Shown here piece by piece: positions 17,313 to 26,013 of a DNA stretch of 26,420 nt (position 1 is the stretch's first letter; the number at the start of each line of letters is the position of its first letter). Made by a program: the position numbers and the translations under genes. This DNA is from Candidatus Fraserbacteria bacterium (GTDB taxonomy: Bacteria; Bipolaricaulota; Bipolaricaulia; RBG-16-55-9; JANLFV01). The DNA lies in assembly GCA_037446135.1 (NCBI GenBank), contig JBBIJD010000018.1, forward strand, positions 1-26,420, read 5' to 3'. The notes under the pieces were generated by a model. The model was not told where the DNA came from, did no database searches, and was given only the letters and a program-made list of their open reading frames with translations.

Positions 17313-17377
17313 GATCACCCCTTCTTGTTCCAGGATCGTCAGGCTAAGGGAAGTATAGTTTCGAGGCCTGAGGCTGA

Positions 17378-17842
17378 TCAAGTCCCCGACTCGCGCCGGG
17401 CTTGGAGGATTCGATGGCAGCGGCGGAGGGCCTCCTTATTCTCCGGCCACTTCAGTAATTCCAGGGCCTCATCGAAGCGGCACCATCTCCAGCGGTCGTG
17501 CTCTCTGGGATCGAGCTTCGGCTCACCGGCCTCGACCTCGACAAAGGCCAAGAAGACGAACTCATCGACCACTTCTACCCCGGCGCCATAGAGCCGGCGG
17601 TCCTCCTCATCCAGCGGGAGCGAATAGCAGAAGTCGATTTGCTCGAGCTTTGAGGGGCTGAGCCCGGTCTCCTCCAGGAGCTCGCGGCGGGCGGCCTGGG
17701 CGAGGGCCTCGCCCGGCTCGACCCCGCCGGTCACGCCCTGCCAGAAGCCCCTGCGGCTCTCGAGCCGACGCAAGAGGAGGAACTCCCAGTCATCGCCAGC
17801 TCGCCGGACAGGGTAGACCAGGACCTGGACTGGCTCTCGCAT
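17378..17842 (-). CDS. Nudix hydrolase (NudB/dATP-pyrophosphatase-like)
   Basis: FLLLRR...FWQGVTGGVEPGE...AARRELLEETG Nudix box; EH..WRW....A...LKWPEN. Start ATG 17842. Confidence 0.9.
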   Translation of the reverse strand: MREPVQVLVYPVRRAGDDWEFLLLRRLESRRGFWQGVTGGVEPGEALAQAARRELLEETGLSPSKLEQIDFCYSLPLDEEDRRLYGAGVEVVDEFVFLAFVEVEAGEPKLDPREHDRWRWCRFDEALELLKWPENKEALRRCHRILQARRESGT

Positions 17843-17852
17843 TGTGCTGCAG

Positions 17853-18308
17853 TTAGCCGGGCTTACTGCTCCAAGACAAGATATGTTCGAGGATCTCCAC
17901 AGCATCCCGCACGAACCCCGGGCAACGGGAGGAATGGAGCCCCGCCTCTTTTGCTCGCCTGCGCCCCTCAGGAGTGCTCAGGTCGCAGCCTAGGAGCTCG
18001 CGGCAGAGGACCGAGCCATTCCGGGCCTTGAACTCGGCGACAAGCTGCTTGACCAGAGAGTAAACCTGCTCCTTGGCCGCCTCGTCCCCGGCCCGAGTTT
18101 GGCCATGCTTGAGGCCGAGGGCCATCAGTGCGCCGGTCACGGCCCCACAGGTCCCGCCCAGCCTCCCCATCCCCCCGCCGAAGGGGGAAGCGACCTTTAA
18201 GGCCAGCTCTCGCTCGAGGCCGAATTCCGGCCCGAAGGCCACGAGGACCGCTTGGGCGCAGTTGAAGCCCGCATTGAAGGAAGAGCTCGCCCTCTCAATG
18301 CGGTCCAT
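17853..18308 (-). CDS. C-GCAxxG-C-C family putative redox-active protein
   Basis: GFNCAQAV, FGGGMG..GGTCGAVTG, GSVLCRELLG, C..FV; SD GGAGAGGAG. Confidence 0.92.
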   Translation of the reverse strand: MDRIERASSSFNAGFNCAQAVLVAFGPEFGLERELALKVASPFGGGMGRLGGTCGAVTGALMALGLKHGQTRAGDEAAKEQVYSLVKQLVAEFKARNGSVLCRELLGCDLSTPEGRRRAKEAGLHSSRCPGFVRDAVEILEHILSWSSKPG

Positions 18309-18396
18309 CTCGATCGATCACTCCTCTCCGTCCGGCCTCTCAGGGAGCAAGGAGCCGGGCCGTAAAGGCAAGATAAAGAGGGCCAATGCTGCTATG

Positions 18397-19743
18397 CTAT
18401 GGCAGGGGGATGAAGCCCTCTCTCATCAAGAACTGGGTCTCCTCCCGGGCCTGCTTGATGATCTTCGAGGACTTCTCGAAGAGCTCTTTCCGGGAGAGCT
18501 TGAGCCTCGCTACCCCCTGCTCGATCGCCTTCATCCCCACGGCCGTCGCCTCCCTCGGGAAGACCTCCCATTCGTCCATCGTGGGGATGATGTAGTCTGG
18601 GTCAAGGCCCTTGTCCGCGGCGCACTTCGCCAGCTCTTGCGCCGCGGCGATGCACATCTCATCCGTGATCGTTCGGGCCATCACATCGAGGGTCCCGCGA
18701 AAGATCCCCGGGAAGCCCAAAGAGTTATTGACCTGGTTGGGGAAGTCGCTCCGCCCGGTCGCCACGACCTTCGCCCCGGCCTCCTTAGCCTCCCAGGGCC
18801 ACATCTCCGGGACAGGATTGGCGCAGACGAAGACGATCGGGTCCTCGGCCATCTGCTTCACCCACTCCTTCTGGATCACGCCCGGGCCGGGCCTGGAGAG
18901 GGCGATCAGGACATCGGCCCCTTTCATCGCCTCGGGGATCCCGCCCCGCCGCCCCTCGCCGTTGGTGATGGTCGCCATATGCCACTTCTCCCTGAAGTTC
19001 TTCTTCAGCTCCTCCTTGTCCTCGCGGTTGGGGTGGAGGATCCCCTTGGTATCGGTCATGAAGATCTTCTTGGGATCGACCCCCGCGGCGATGATCACCC
19101 TGGCGATGGCGATGTTCGAGGCCCCGGCCCCGACCATGGCGATCTTCACCTCATTGAGCTTCTTCCCCACGAGCTTCACCGCATTGATCAGCCCGGCGAG
19201 CGTGATCGCGGCCGTCCCCTGCTGATCGTCGTGCCAGACTGGGATCCGCGCCTCCTTCCTCAGCGTATCGAGGATGTAGAAGCACTTCGGCTGGGCGATG
19301 TCCTCCAGATTGATTCCCCCGAAGGTCGGCTGGAGCAAAAGGACGGTCCGGATGAACTCATCAGGGTCCTTCGTATCGAGGCAGATGGGGAAGGCATCGA
19401 CTCCGCCCAAGTATTTGAAGAGGATCGCCTTCCCTTCCATCACCGGTAGGCCGGCCTCCGGGCCGATATCCCCAAGGCCGAGGACCCTTGTGCCGTCGGT
19501 GACGACGGCAACCATATTGGCCTTGTTTGTGTGCTCGAAGACCTTCTCCGGGTTCTTCTGGATGTCCTTACAGGGCTCGGCCACCCCGGGGGTATACCAG
19601 ATGGCAAAGTCGTTGAAGTCACGGATCGCGCACTTGGGGACGATCTTGACCTTCCCGCGGTAGAAGGGGTGGAGCCTCATCGCGTCCTCTCCGGGCTTCT
19701 TGGCCTTGGCCAAAAGCTCCTCTACAGTTGGACCTTCCCTCAT
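18397..19743 (-). CDS. NAD(P)-dependent malic enzyme (no PTA domain)
   Basis: YTPGVAEPC, TDGTRVLGLGDIG, PVMEGKAILFK, GGINLEDIA, HDDQQGTA, GAGAS, ANPVPE, TGRSDFPNQVNN. Confidence 0.96.
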   Translation of the reverse strand: MREGPTVEELLAKAKKPGEDAMRLHPFYRGKVKIVPKCAIRDFNDFAIWYTPGVAEPCKDIQKNPEKVFEHTNKANMVAVVTDGTRVLGLGDIGPEAGLPVMEGKAILFKYLGGVDAFPICLDTKDPDEFIRTVLLLQPTFGGINLEDIAQPKCFYILDTLRKEARIPVWHDDQQGTAAITLAGLINAVKLVGKKLNEVKIAMVGAGASNIAIARVIIAAGVDPKKIFMTDTKGILHPNREDKEELKKNFREKWHMATITNGEGRRGGIPEAMKGADVLIALSRPGPGVIQKEWVKQMAEDPIVFVCANPVPEMWPWEAKEAGAKVVATGRSDFPNQVNNSLGFPGIFRGTLDVMARTITDEMCIAAAQELAKCAADKGLDPDYIIPTMDEWEVFPREATAVGMKAIEQGVARLKLSRKELFEKSSKIIKQAREETQFLMREGFIPLP

Positions 19744-19904
19744 CGCTCCCTCCTCTTTCTGCTAATCCAAAAGGTAATGGTCGGCCTTCTTGATTCTAGG
19801 CCCGCCTCATGGGGGAGGCCCATGATCCTCGGCAGCGCCGGTGATGACCTCAATCAATCAAGGCCCTGGCGAGCCGGCCCCTTTTTCGGTAGAATCTTTC
19901 CGCT

Positions 19905-20153
19905 ATGTGCCTAGCGATACCGAGCAAGGTCATCGAGGTCGGCGAATTCGAGGCGGTTGTGGATCACGGCGGGGTGAAGAAGCGGGTGAAGCTCGACCTC
20001 CTCGCTGAGCCGGTGGAGGTGGGGGATTATCTCTTGATCCATACGGGCTTTGCGATCCAGCGGATCGCCCCGAGCGAGGCCGAGGAGACGCTCAAGCTCT
20101 TTGAGGAGTTGATCCGAGCCACTTTCGATGATGAAGGACCTCCGGTTTCGTGA
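19905..20153 (+). CDS. hypC: [NiFe]-hydrogenase maturation chaperone HypC
   Basis: N-terminal MCLAIP; VGDYLLIHTGFAI. Confidence 0.96.
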   Translation: MCLAIPSKVIEVGEFEAVVDHGGVKKRVKLDLLAEPVEVGDYLLIHTGFAIQRIAPSEAEETLKLFEELIRATFDDEGPPVS

Positions 20154-21213
20154 TCGAGCTAAAGCTGAAGAGCTGGCCCGACTGATCGAGCGGCTCGCCC
20201 CCGCGGAGCCGGTCAAGCTCGTCCATATCTGCGGGACCCATGAGGTGACGATCACGGAGTTCGGCCTCCGGAGCCTCTTGCCCCCGCAGGTCGAGATCCT
20301 CGAGGGGCCCGGCTGCCCAGTCTGCGTCACACCGGTAGAGCATATCGACGAGGCCGTGGCCTTGGCGGAGCAGGGGCATATCGTCACGACCTTCGGGGAT
20401 ATGGCCCGTGTCCCGGGGACGAGGAAGAGCCTTGAAGGGGCCAGGAGCGAAGGGGCCGATGTGAGGATCGTCTACAGTATCGCCGACGCGGTCGAGCTGG
20501 CCCGTAAGGCCGCTAAAGAGGTGATCTTCTTCGCCATAGGGTTCGAGACGACCGCCCCGACGGTCGCCGCGGCCATGCTCGATGGTGTCCCTGATAACTT
20601 CAGTCTCCTCGTCTCCCATAAATTGATCCCGCCGGCGATGGCGGCCCTCCTCGAAGGGGAGCACGACATCTCAGGCTTTCTCGCCCCAGGCCATGTCTCG
20701 ACGATCATCGGGCTTGAGCCCTACCGGATCTTCCCCGAAAAATATGGGATGCCGGTAGTGATCGGCGGGTTCGAGCCGCTGGATATCCTCTATTCCATCG
20801 CCCTTCTCCTCCGGCAGCTCCGCGAGGGGACCCCGAAGGTCGAGAACGCCTATACCCGTGCGGTGGGGTCGAGAGGGAACCTCCGGGCCCAGGAAGTCCT
20901 TTATGAGGTCTTCGAGGTCACCGATCACTACTGGCGCGGGATGGGACTGATCCCCGGCTCGGGCCTGAAGCTAAGGGAGGAGTTCTCGAGCTGGGATGCC
21001 CGGGAGAGGTTCTCCTTGAAGGTCAAGAGCAACGAGTCGCTCCACCCCGGCTGCCGCTGTGCCCAAGTGATCACTGCCAAGGCTACCCCTGATCAATGCC
21101 CCCTCTTCAGTAAGGGGGTCTGCACCCCAAGGACGCCCTATGGCCCCTGCATGGTCGGGGAGGAAGGGATGTGCCACATCTGGCATCGCTACGGCGGGAG
21201 GCCGAAACTGTGA
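20128..21213 (+). CDS. hypD: Hydrogenase maturation protein HypD
   Basis: CGTHE, GPGCPVC, GFETT, PGHVST, and C-terminal Fe-S cysteines CRC...CPLF...CTP..P.GPCMV..EG.C. Confidence 0.97.
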   Translation: MMKDLRFRDRAKAEELARLIERLAPAEPVKLVHICGTHEVTITEFGLRSLLPPQVEILEGPGCPVCVTPVEHIDEAVALAEQGHIVTTFGDMARVPGTRKSLEGARSEGADVRIVYSIADAVELARKAAKEVIFFAIGFETTAPTVAAAMLDGVPDNFSLLVSHKLIPPAMAALLEGEHDISGFLAPGHVSTIIGLEPYRIFPEKYGMPVVIGGFEPLDILYSIALLLRQLREGTPKVENAYTRAVGSRGNLRAQEVLYEVFEVTDHYWRGMGLIPGSGLKLREEFSSWDARERFSLKVKSNESLHPGCRCAQVITAKATPDQCPLFSKGVCTPRTPYGPCMVGEEGMCHIWHRYGGRPKL

Positions 21214-22241
21214 CTATCAAGCAAGACGAGCGGATCACCCTCTTGCATGGTGCCGGGGGGCAATTGATGGGCGAGTTGCTCGCCCGGCTCCTGAAGAAGT
21301 TTACGAGGACCTCGGTCGAAAGCGGGATCGGCCTCGCGGAGCTGGACGATGGGGCGGTGATCCCCCTCGCCGGGAAGAACCTGGTCTTCACGACCGACAG
21401 CCATGTGGTCCAACCCATCTTCTTCCCCGGGGGAGACATCGGTCGACTGGCCGTGGCCGGGACGGTCAATGACCTCGCGGTGATGGGAGCCCAGCCATTG
21501 GCCCTCTCTTGCGGGCTGGTCATCCCCGAGGGGTTTCCGATCGCCGAGCTGGAGCGCGTGCTCGAGTCGATGGATCGGGCCTTAGAAGAGGCCGGAGCAG
21601 CCTTAATCACTGGTGATACCAAGGTCCTGGGCCACGGCGAGCTCGAGGGGCTGATCATCAATACCGCGGGGATCGGGCTGGCCGAGCGGGTCGTGACCGA
21701 TGCCGGCCTCCGCTTGGGCGATAAGCTCCTGGTGACCGGGACGATCGGGGATCATGGGATGGCCCTCCTCGCCCACCGCGAGGGGCTGGGATTCGAGACG
21801 ACTTTAGAGTCGGATGTGGCCCCGATCAACCATCTGATCGCACGGGCCCTCGAGGTCGGCGGCACAGGGATCACGGCGATGAAGGACCCCACTAGAGGGG
21901 GCTTAGCCTCCTGCTTGAACGAGCTGGCGAGGAAGGCCAAAGTGGGGATCACAGTCTACGAGAGCAAAATCCCCATGCGGGAGGAGGTCTGCGGGCTGGG
22001 CGAACTCTTGGGCATTAACCCCCTCGAGGTCGCCAATGAGGGGAAGGCGGTGATCGGAGTGGCCCCGGAGAAGGCCGAGGCGGTCCTCGAAGCCTTGAGG
22101 AGCCATCCTTTGGGGCGGAATGCCGCGATCATCGGGGAGGCGACCCTCGATTTCCCTGGGAAGGTGATCTTGGTTACAGAAGTCGGGGGGAAGAGGTTCT
22201 TAGAGGACCCGATCGGAGACCCTGTCCCCCGGATCTGCTGA
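21210..22241 (+). CDS. hypE: Hydrogenase maturation carbamoyl dehydratase HypE
   Basis: HGAGG, TTDSHVVQPIFFPGGDIGRLAV.GTVNDL, GDTKV, MKDPTRGGL, ANEG, C-terminal PRIC. GTG 21210 overlaps the hypD stop (GTGA). Confidence 0.97.
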   Translation: MTIKQDERITLLHGAGGQLMGELLARLLKKFTRTSVESGIGLAELDDGAVIPLAGKNLVFTTDSHVVQPIFFPGGDIGRLAVAGTVNDLAVMGAQPLALSCGLVIPEGFPIAELERVLESMDRALEEAGAALITGDTKVLGHGELEGLIINTAGIGLAERVVTDAGLRLGDKLLVTGTIGDHGMALLAHREGLGFETTLESDVAPINHLIARALEVGGTGITAMKDPTRGGLASCLNELARKAKVGITVYESKIPMREEVCGLGELLGINPLEVANEGKAVIGVAPEKAEAVLEALRSHPLGRNAAIIGEATLDFPGKVILVTEVGGKRFLEDPIGDPVPRIC

Positions 22242-22247
22242 GCTAGG

Positions 22248-23588
22248 CTAAGTCTCCTTCCGGATCACCAGATCCCCGATCTTCACCGGGAAGTCGCCGA
22301 GCTTGTTCGCTAGCGAGACTCGCTCCTCGACCCGGCTGACGACGAGCTCGCCCTTCGGGGCCGTCGTGGCGGGGATCACCTCGATCAATGCGCCGGTATT
22401 GGGATCGCGGACCTCGACGGGATCGAAGACCTCAAAGACATCGTAGAGCTGGACGCCATGCGCCCTCCCAAGGTCGAGCAAGATCGTCCCATCGGCCCAG
22501 ATGTCGATGACTCTCCCCTTGAGCCGCTCCGCCGGCTGAGGTTGAGCAGCCTGAGCCCGCTGGGCCAGGACTTGTGGCTCGATCCGCTGGAGGATGGCCC
22601 CGAGCTCTACTACCAGCTTGTCCAGCGCCGCATTGACCGCCTGGCCGACGATCGTCCCGCTGAACTCCTTAGTCCCGACGGTGATCTCGTTCAGCCAGGA
22701 GGGTGGGGCCCCAATGACGATGGAGAAGCTAAGGGAGGCGATCAGGCTGGGATCGCCGGGGCTGCAGCCGAGACTGTTGCACAGATAGGCCCGATAAGTC
22801 CCGGGCGGGACAAGGTTCCTTGGCCACCAGAACTCCCGCTGGTCCCAAGAGAAGGTGATACAAGCCCCCGGGGTGAGGTTCGCATAGTTTGCCCCCCAGA
22901 TCCAGTTGGTCCCGGTCCCATCGTAGATGGAGATAGCGTAGTTCCCCATCGCGGCGGGGGCATACCCGAAGTTGACGGGCTCGCCCTGGGCGTAGCTCGG
23001 CTTATCGCTGAGGAACCCGCCGGTGCAGACATTGGCCCGCCAGCCGGAGAGGGCCGAGAGGAGCTGCCCCAGGTTGAGCGAGAAGCCGGTCTGGCCCTCC
23101 GCTTGGGCCTCGACCGAGCTCGCACCCATGATCTCGGTGGTGTAGGCGCTGACCGCTCTAATTGCTAGATCGACGGTGACCTTCGCCCCGGTGATGGTGA
23201 GGAAGCCCAGGGAGAGGCTCGACTCCTGGATGTTCACTTTTGTGACGCTCCCGATGAGGAGCACATCGGCCCCGACGAGCCTGGCCGCTTGGGCAAGGTC
23301 CCCGGTGAGCAGGGGATTTAAACCCCGCTCGAGCAAGACGGCCTCGATCTCCTGCCGCTCGACCACCCGGTAGCCGGCGTTCACCAGCCGCTCGATCAGG
23401 AGGTCGGCCACCCCTTCCCCGACATTGGCCAGGCCGGAGTTGCTCCGGTCATCGAACCGCGCCACGGCGAGGACCAACTGGCTCGGACTCGGGCCACCCT
23501 GAGAGGCCAGTCCAGGCCCCACGAGGCCAAGCCCCACTAGCACGAGCAGGGCTGAGAGGACCAGCGTCAAAGCCGAGAATCTGGACAT
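22248..23588 (-). CDS. CsgG/HfaB-family exported protein with an inserted Ig-like domain and a FlgT-C-like C-terminal domain
   Basis: Signal peptide. LAVARF...LIERLVNAGYRVVERQEIEAVLLE...GADVLLIGSVT (CsgG-like). Insert SDKPSYAQGEPV...WDQ...VPPGTY. C-terminal ILLDLG..HGV...DVFEV...DPNTG...VKIGDLV. Confidence 0.75.
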   Translation of the reverse strand: MSRFSALTLVLSALLVLVGLGLVGPGLASQGGPSPSQLVLAVARFDDRSNSGLANVGEGVADLLIERLVNAGYRVVERQEIEAVLLERGLNPLLTGDLAQAARLVGADVLLIGSVTKVNIQESSLSLGFLTITGAKVTVDLAIRAVSAYTTEIMGASSVEAQAEGQTGFSLNLGQLLSALSGWRANVCTGGFLSDKPSYAQGEPVNFGYAPAAMGNYAISIYDGTGTNWIWGANYANLTPGACITFSWDQREFWWPRNLVPPGTYRAYLCNSLGCSPGDPSLIASLSFSIVIGAPPSWLNEITVGTKEFSGTIVGQAVNAALDKLVVELGAILQRIEPQVLAQRAQAAQPQPAERLKGRVIDIWADGTILLDLGRAHGVQLYDVFEVFDPVEVRDPNTGALIEVIPATTAPKGELVVSRVEERVSLANKLGDFPVKIGDLVIRKET

Positions 23589-23706
23589 CTCGATCCCTCC
23601 TCAACAATGCGCCCTATGAATGATAGCACTCCCAGGAGGCGGGGCCAAGCCCCCTTGGAGGGTCGCTCCTCACGGTCCACCCTTGCGGGTCCTCCTTGCC
23701 AGCCAG

Positions 23707-25083
23707 CTAGAACGGGGGCCTCTGGGGGGTGAACTCGTAAAAGCTGGCATAGCTCCGGTGGAAGGAGAGGGTGAGCGAGCCGGTCGGGCCGTTCCTCTGC
23801 TTCCCGATGATCACCTCGGTCGGGCTGACCTCGCTCTTCTCCGCTCCCTCCTCCTCTTCGTAATAGCTCTCCCTATAAATAAAAGTGACTACATCAGCAG
23901 TTTGCTCAATCTCTCCGCTTTCCCTCAAATCAGATAGCCGAGGGCGGTGAGCTTCGCGCCGCTCCACGGCCCTGGAGAGCTGGGAGCAGGCGATGACCGG
24001 GACCTGGAGTTCGCGGGCTAGGGCCTTCAAGCCCCGGGCGATATGGGAGATCTCCTGCTCCCTGGTGCTATTAGTCCCTTTCAGGCCGCTCTCCACCAAC
24101 TGGAGGTAGTCGACGATCAGGAGGTCGATCTCGTGCTCGGACTTCATCCGTCGGGCCCGGCCCTTGAGCTCCATGATCGAGATCCCCGGGGTATCGTCGA
24201 TCACGATCCGGCTCTTGGCGAGCTTCCCCGCCGCCTCGGCGATCGCCCGCCACTTCTCCGCCGGGAGGAAACCCGAGCGGAGCTGATGGAGGTTGATCTT
24301 GGCCTCACCCGCGAGGAGCCGTTCGAGCAGTTGCTCCTTGGTCATCTCCAGGGAGAAGATCCCCACCCCCTTCCCCTCACGGATAGCCACATTCCTCGCG
24401 ATCGAGAGGGCCAGTGAGCTCTTCCCCATCGCCGGCCGCCCGGCGATGATGATGAGGTCGGAGGGCTGGAGCCCGGCGGTCATGGCATCGAACTCCTTGA
24501 ACCCCGTGGCTAAACCGGTCACGACGTGCTTCTCCGGGTCGCGGTGGAGCCTCTCGAGGCTGCTGATGTGCTCGTGGAGGAAGTCGCTGATGAGGTAGTA
24601 TTTCGATTCCGTCCCGAAGCGCGAGATCCCGAAGATCGCCTCCTCCGCCCGGTCGAGGATCGCCTCCAGTTCCTCTTCTTCATTGAAGCCGAGCTCGGCC
24701 ACGGCCTTCCCGGCAGCGATAAGGGCCCGCAGGATTGCCTTCTTCTTCACGATCTCCGCGTAATATTCGACCGAGGCCGTGGTTGTCACCAGCCCGCAGA
24801 GCTCGCTCAGGTAGACCCGCCCGCCAACGGTCTGGAGCTGGCCTAGCTCCTCCAAGCGGTTGGCCACGGTAACTGGGTCCGGGGGCTTCCCCTTCTCGAA
24901 TAACTCCAAGATCGCCCGGTAGATGAGCTGGTGGGGCTGCCAGTAGAAGTCCTCCGGCTTGAGCCGGGTCAAGATGGCCGGGAGGGTGGTCTCTGGCTCG
25001 ACCAGGGCCGCGCCGAGGACCAGTTGTTCCGCCTCGCGGTTCCGTGGGAGTGGGCGGGGGAATTCGCGCTCCTCTACCATCAC
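23707..25083 (-). CDS. dnaB: Replicative DNA helicase DnaB
   Basis: [13 protein letters not shown], Walker [31 protein letters not shown]...[23 protein letters not shown]. Start GTG 25083 or ATG 25080. Confidence 0.98.
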   Translation of the reverse strand: MMVEEREFPRPLPRNREAEQLVLGAALVEPETTLPAILTRLKPEDFYWQPHQLIYRAILELFEKGKPPDPVTVANRLEELGQLQTVGGRVYLSELCGLVTTTASVEYYAEIVKKKAILRALIAAGKAVAELGFNEEEELEAILDRAEEAIFGISRFGTESKYYLISDFLHEHISSLERLHRDPEKHVVTGLATGFKEFDAMTAGLQPSDLIIIAGRPAMGKSSLALSIARNVAIREGKGVGIFSLEMTKEQLLERLLAGEAKINLHQLRSGFLPAEKWRAIAEAAGKLAKSRIVIDDTPGISIMELKGRARRMKSEHEIDLLIVDYLQLVESGLKGTNSTREQEISHIARGLKALARELQVPVIACSQLSRAVERREAHRPRLSDLRESGEIEQTADVVTFIYRESYYEEEEGAEKSEVSPTEVIIGKQRNGPTGSLTLSFHRSYASFYEFTPQRPPF

Positions 25084-25089
25084 AATTCG

Positions 25090-25154
25090 ATTATAATTCC
25101 GCCTCTCTCGCGGTTCAAACCAAAGTTGAACGAGAGGGCCGCATGTGGTATATT
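25090..25154. promoter_or_regulatory. Back-to-back divergent sigma70 promoters for dnaB and rpsB-tsf
   Basis: Minus strand: TTGAAC (25118-25113), 17 nt, TATAAT (25095-25090). Plus strand: TTGAAC (25126-25131), 17 nt, TATATT (25149-25154) with an extended TG. Confidence 0.7.
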
Positions 25155-25208
25155 CACCCGGCGAGGCTCGGGCTAGCTTACGGCATAATGGAGAAAGGAG
25201 GAGGGAAT
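25155..25208 (+). promoter_or_regulatory. rpsB 5' leader, candidate S2 autogenous regulatory RNA
   Basis: CACCC start, CCCG...CGGG stem, and TGGAG before the SD. The position is typical of rpsB leaders; the structure is unverified. Confidence 0.35.
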
Positions 25209-25994
25209 GTGGAGCTTCTAACGATTAAGGAGTTGCTGGAGACGGGGGTCCACTTCGGTCATCGGGTGAGGAAGTGGAATCCGAAGATGAAGCCCTTCAT
25301 CTTCACCGAGAGGAAGGGGATCCACATCATCGACCTGGAGAAGACGATCGCTTACTTTACTGAGGCCTATTATTTCGTGCGGGATCAAGTGGCCCAGGGG
25401 AAGGAGATCCTCTTCGTGGGGACGAAGCGGCAGGTCCGGGAGACGATCGAAGAGGAGGCCAGGCGCTGCGGGGCCCACTATGTGAACCGCCGCTGGCTCG
25501 GTGGGACTCTGACGAACTTCGAGACGATCAAAGGCCGAGTGAAGCGGCTGAAGGAGCTGGAGCAGCTCGAGGCCGAAGGGAAGCTGGATAAGCTCCCCAA
25601 GAAGGAGGCGATGGCCCTCCGCCGGGAGATGATGAAGCTCCAGCGGAACCTCGAGGGGCTCCGGAATATGGAGCGGCTCCCGGGAGTCCTCTATGTCATC
25701 GACTCCACCGTCGAGGAGAACGCGATCCGCGAGGCCCGGCTGATGAAGATCCCCGTCGTGGCCGTGATCGATACCAACTGTGACCCCGATATGGTGGACT
25801 ACCCGATCCCGGGGAATGATGATGCGATCAAGGCCACGAAGCTGATCACCTCGAGGATCGCCGATGCCGTCCTCGAGGGACGAGAAGGGGTTTCAGCCCC
25901 CGCTGAGGCTGAGGCCGTGGCCGCTGAGGAGCCGGCGAAGAACGGCTCTGATTCGGATGAGGGACTTGAGGGGGAGACCGCTGCGGGAGCATAA
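25209..25994 (+). CDS. rpsB: 30S ribosomal protein S2
   Basis: [10 protein letters not shown]...[45 protein letters not shown] 25209 after AAAGGAGGAGG. Confidence 0.98.
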   Translation: MELLTIKELLETGVHFGHRVRKWNPKMKPFIFTERKGIHIIDLEKTIAYFTEAYYFVRDQVAQGKEILFVGTKRQVRETIEEEARRCGAHYVNRRWLGGTLTNFETIKGRVKRLKELEQLEAEGKLDKLPKKEAMALRREMMKLQRNLEGLRNMERLPGVLYVIDSTVEENAIREARLMKIPVVAVIDTNCDPDMVDYPIPGNDDAIKATKLITSRIADAVLEGREGVSAPAEAEAVAAEEPAKNGSDSDEGLEGETAAGA

Positions 25995-26013
25995 GACAGA
26001 AGGAGGAGTAGGC

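Noticed and set aside
17853..18308. Selenocysteine in the C-GCAxxG-C-C protein
   Set aside because: All four motif positions are ordinary Cys codons; no in-frame TGA.
18073..19449. 458-aa plus-strand ORF and the many other antisense or alternative-frame ORFs
   Set aside because: Shadow ORFs of well-supported genes in GC-rich DNA, with no recognisable motifs.
23707..25083. Intein in DnaB
   Set aside because: Normal length (458 aa), contiguous helicase motifs, no intein splice motifs.
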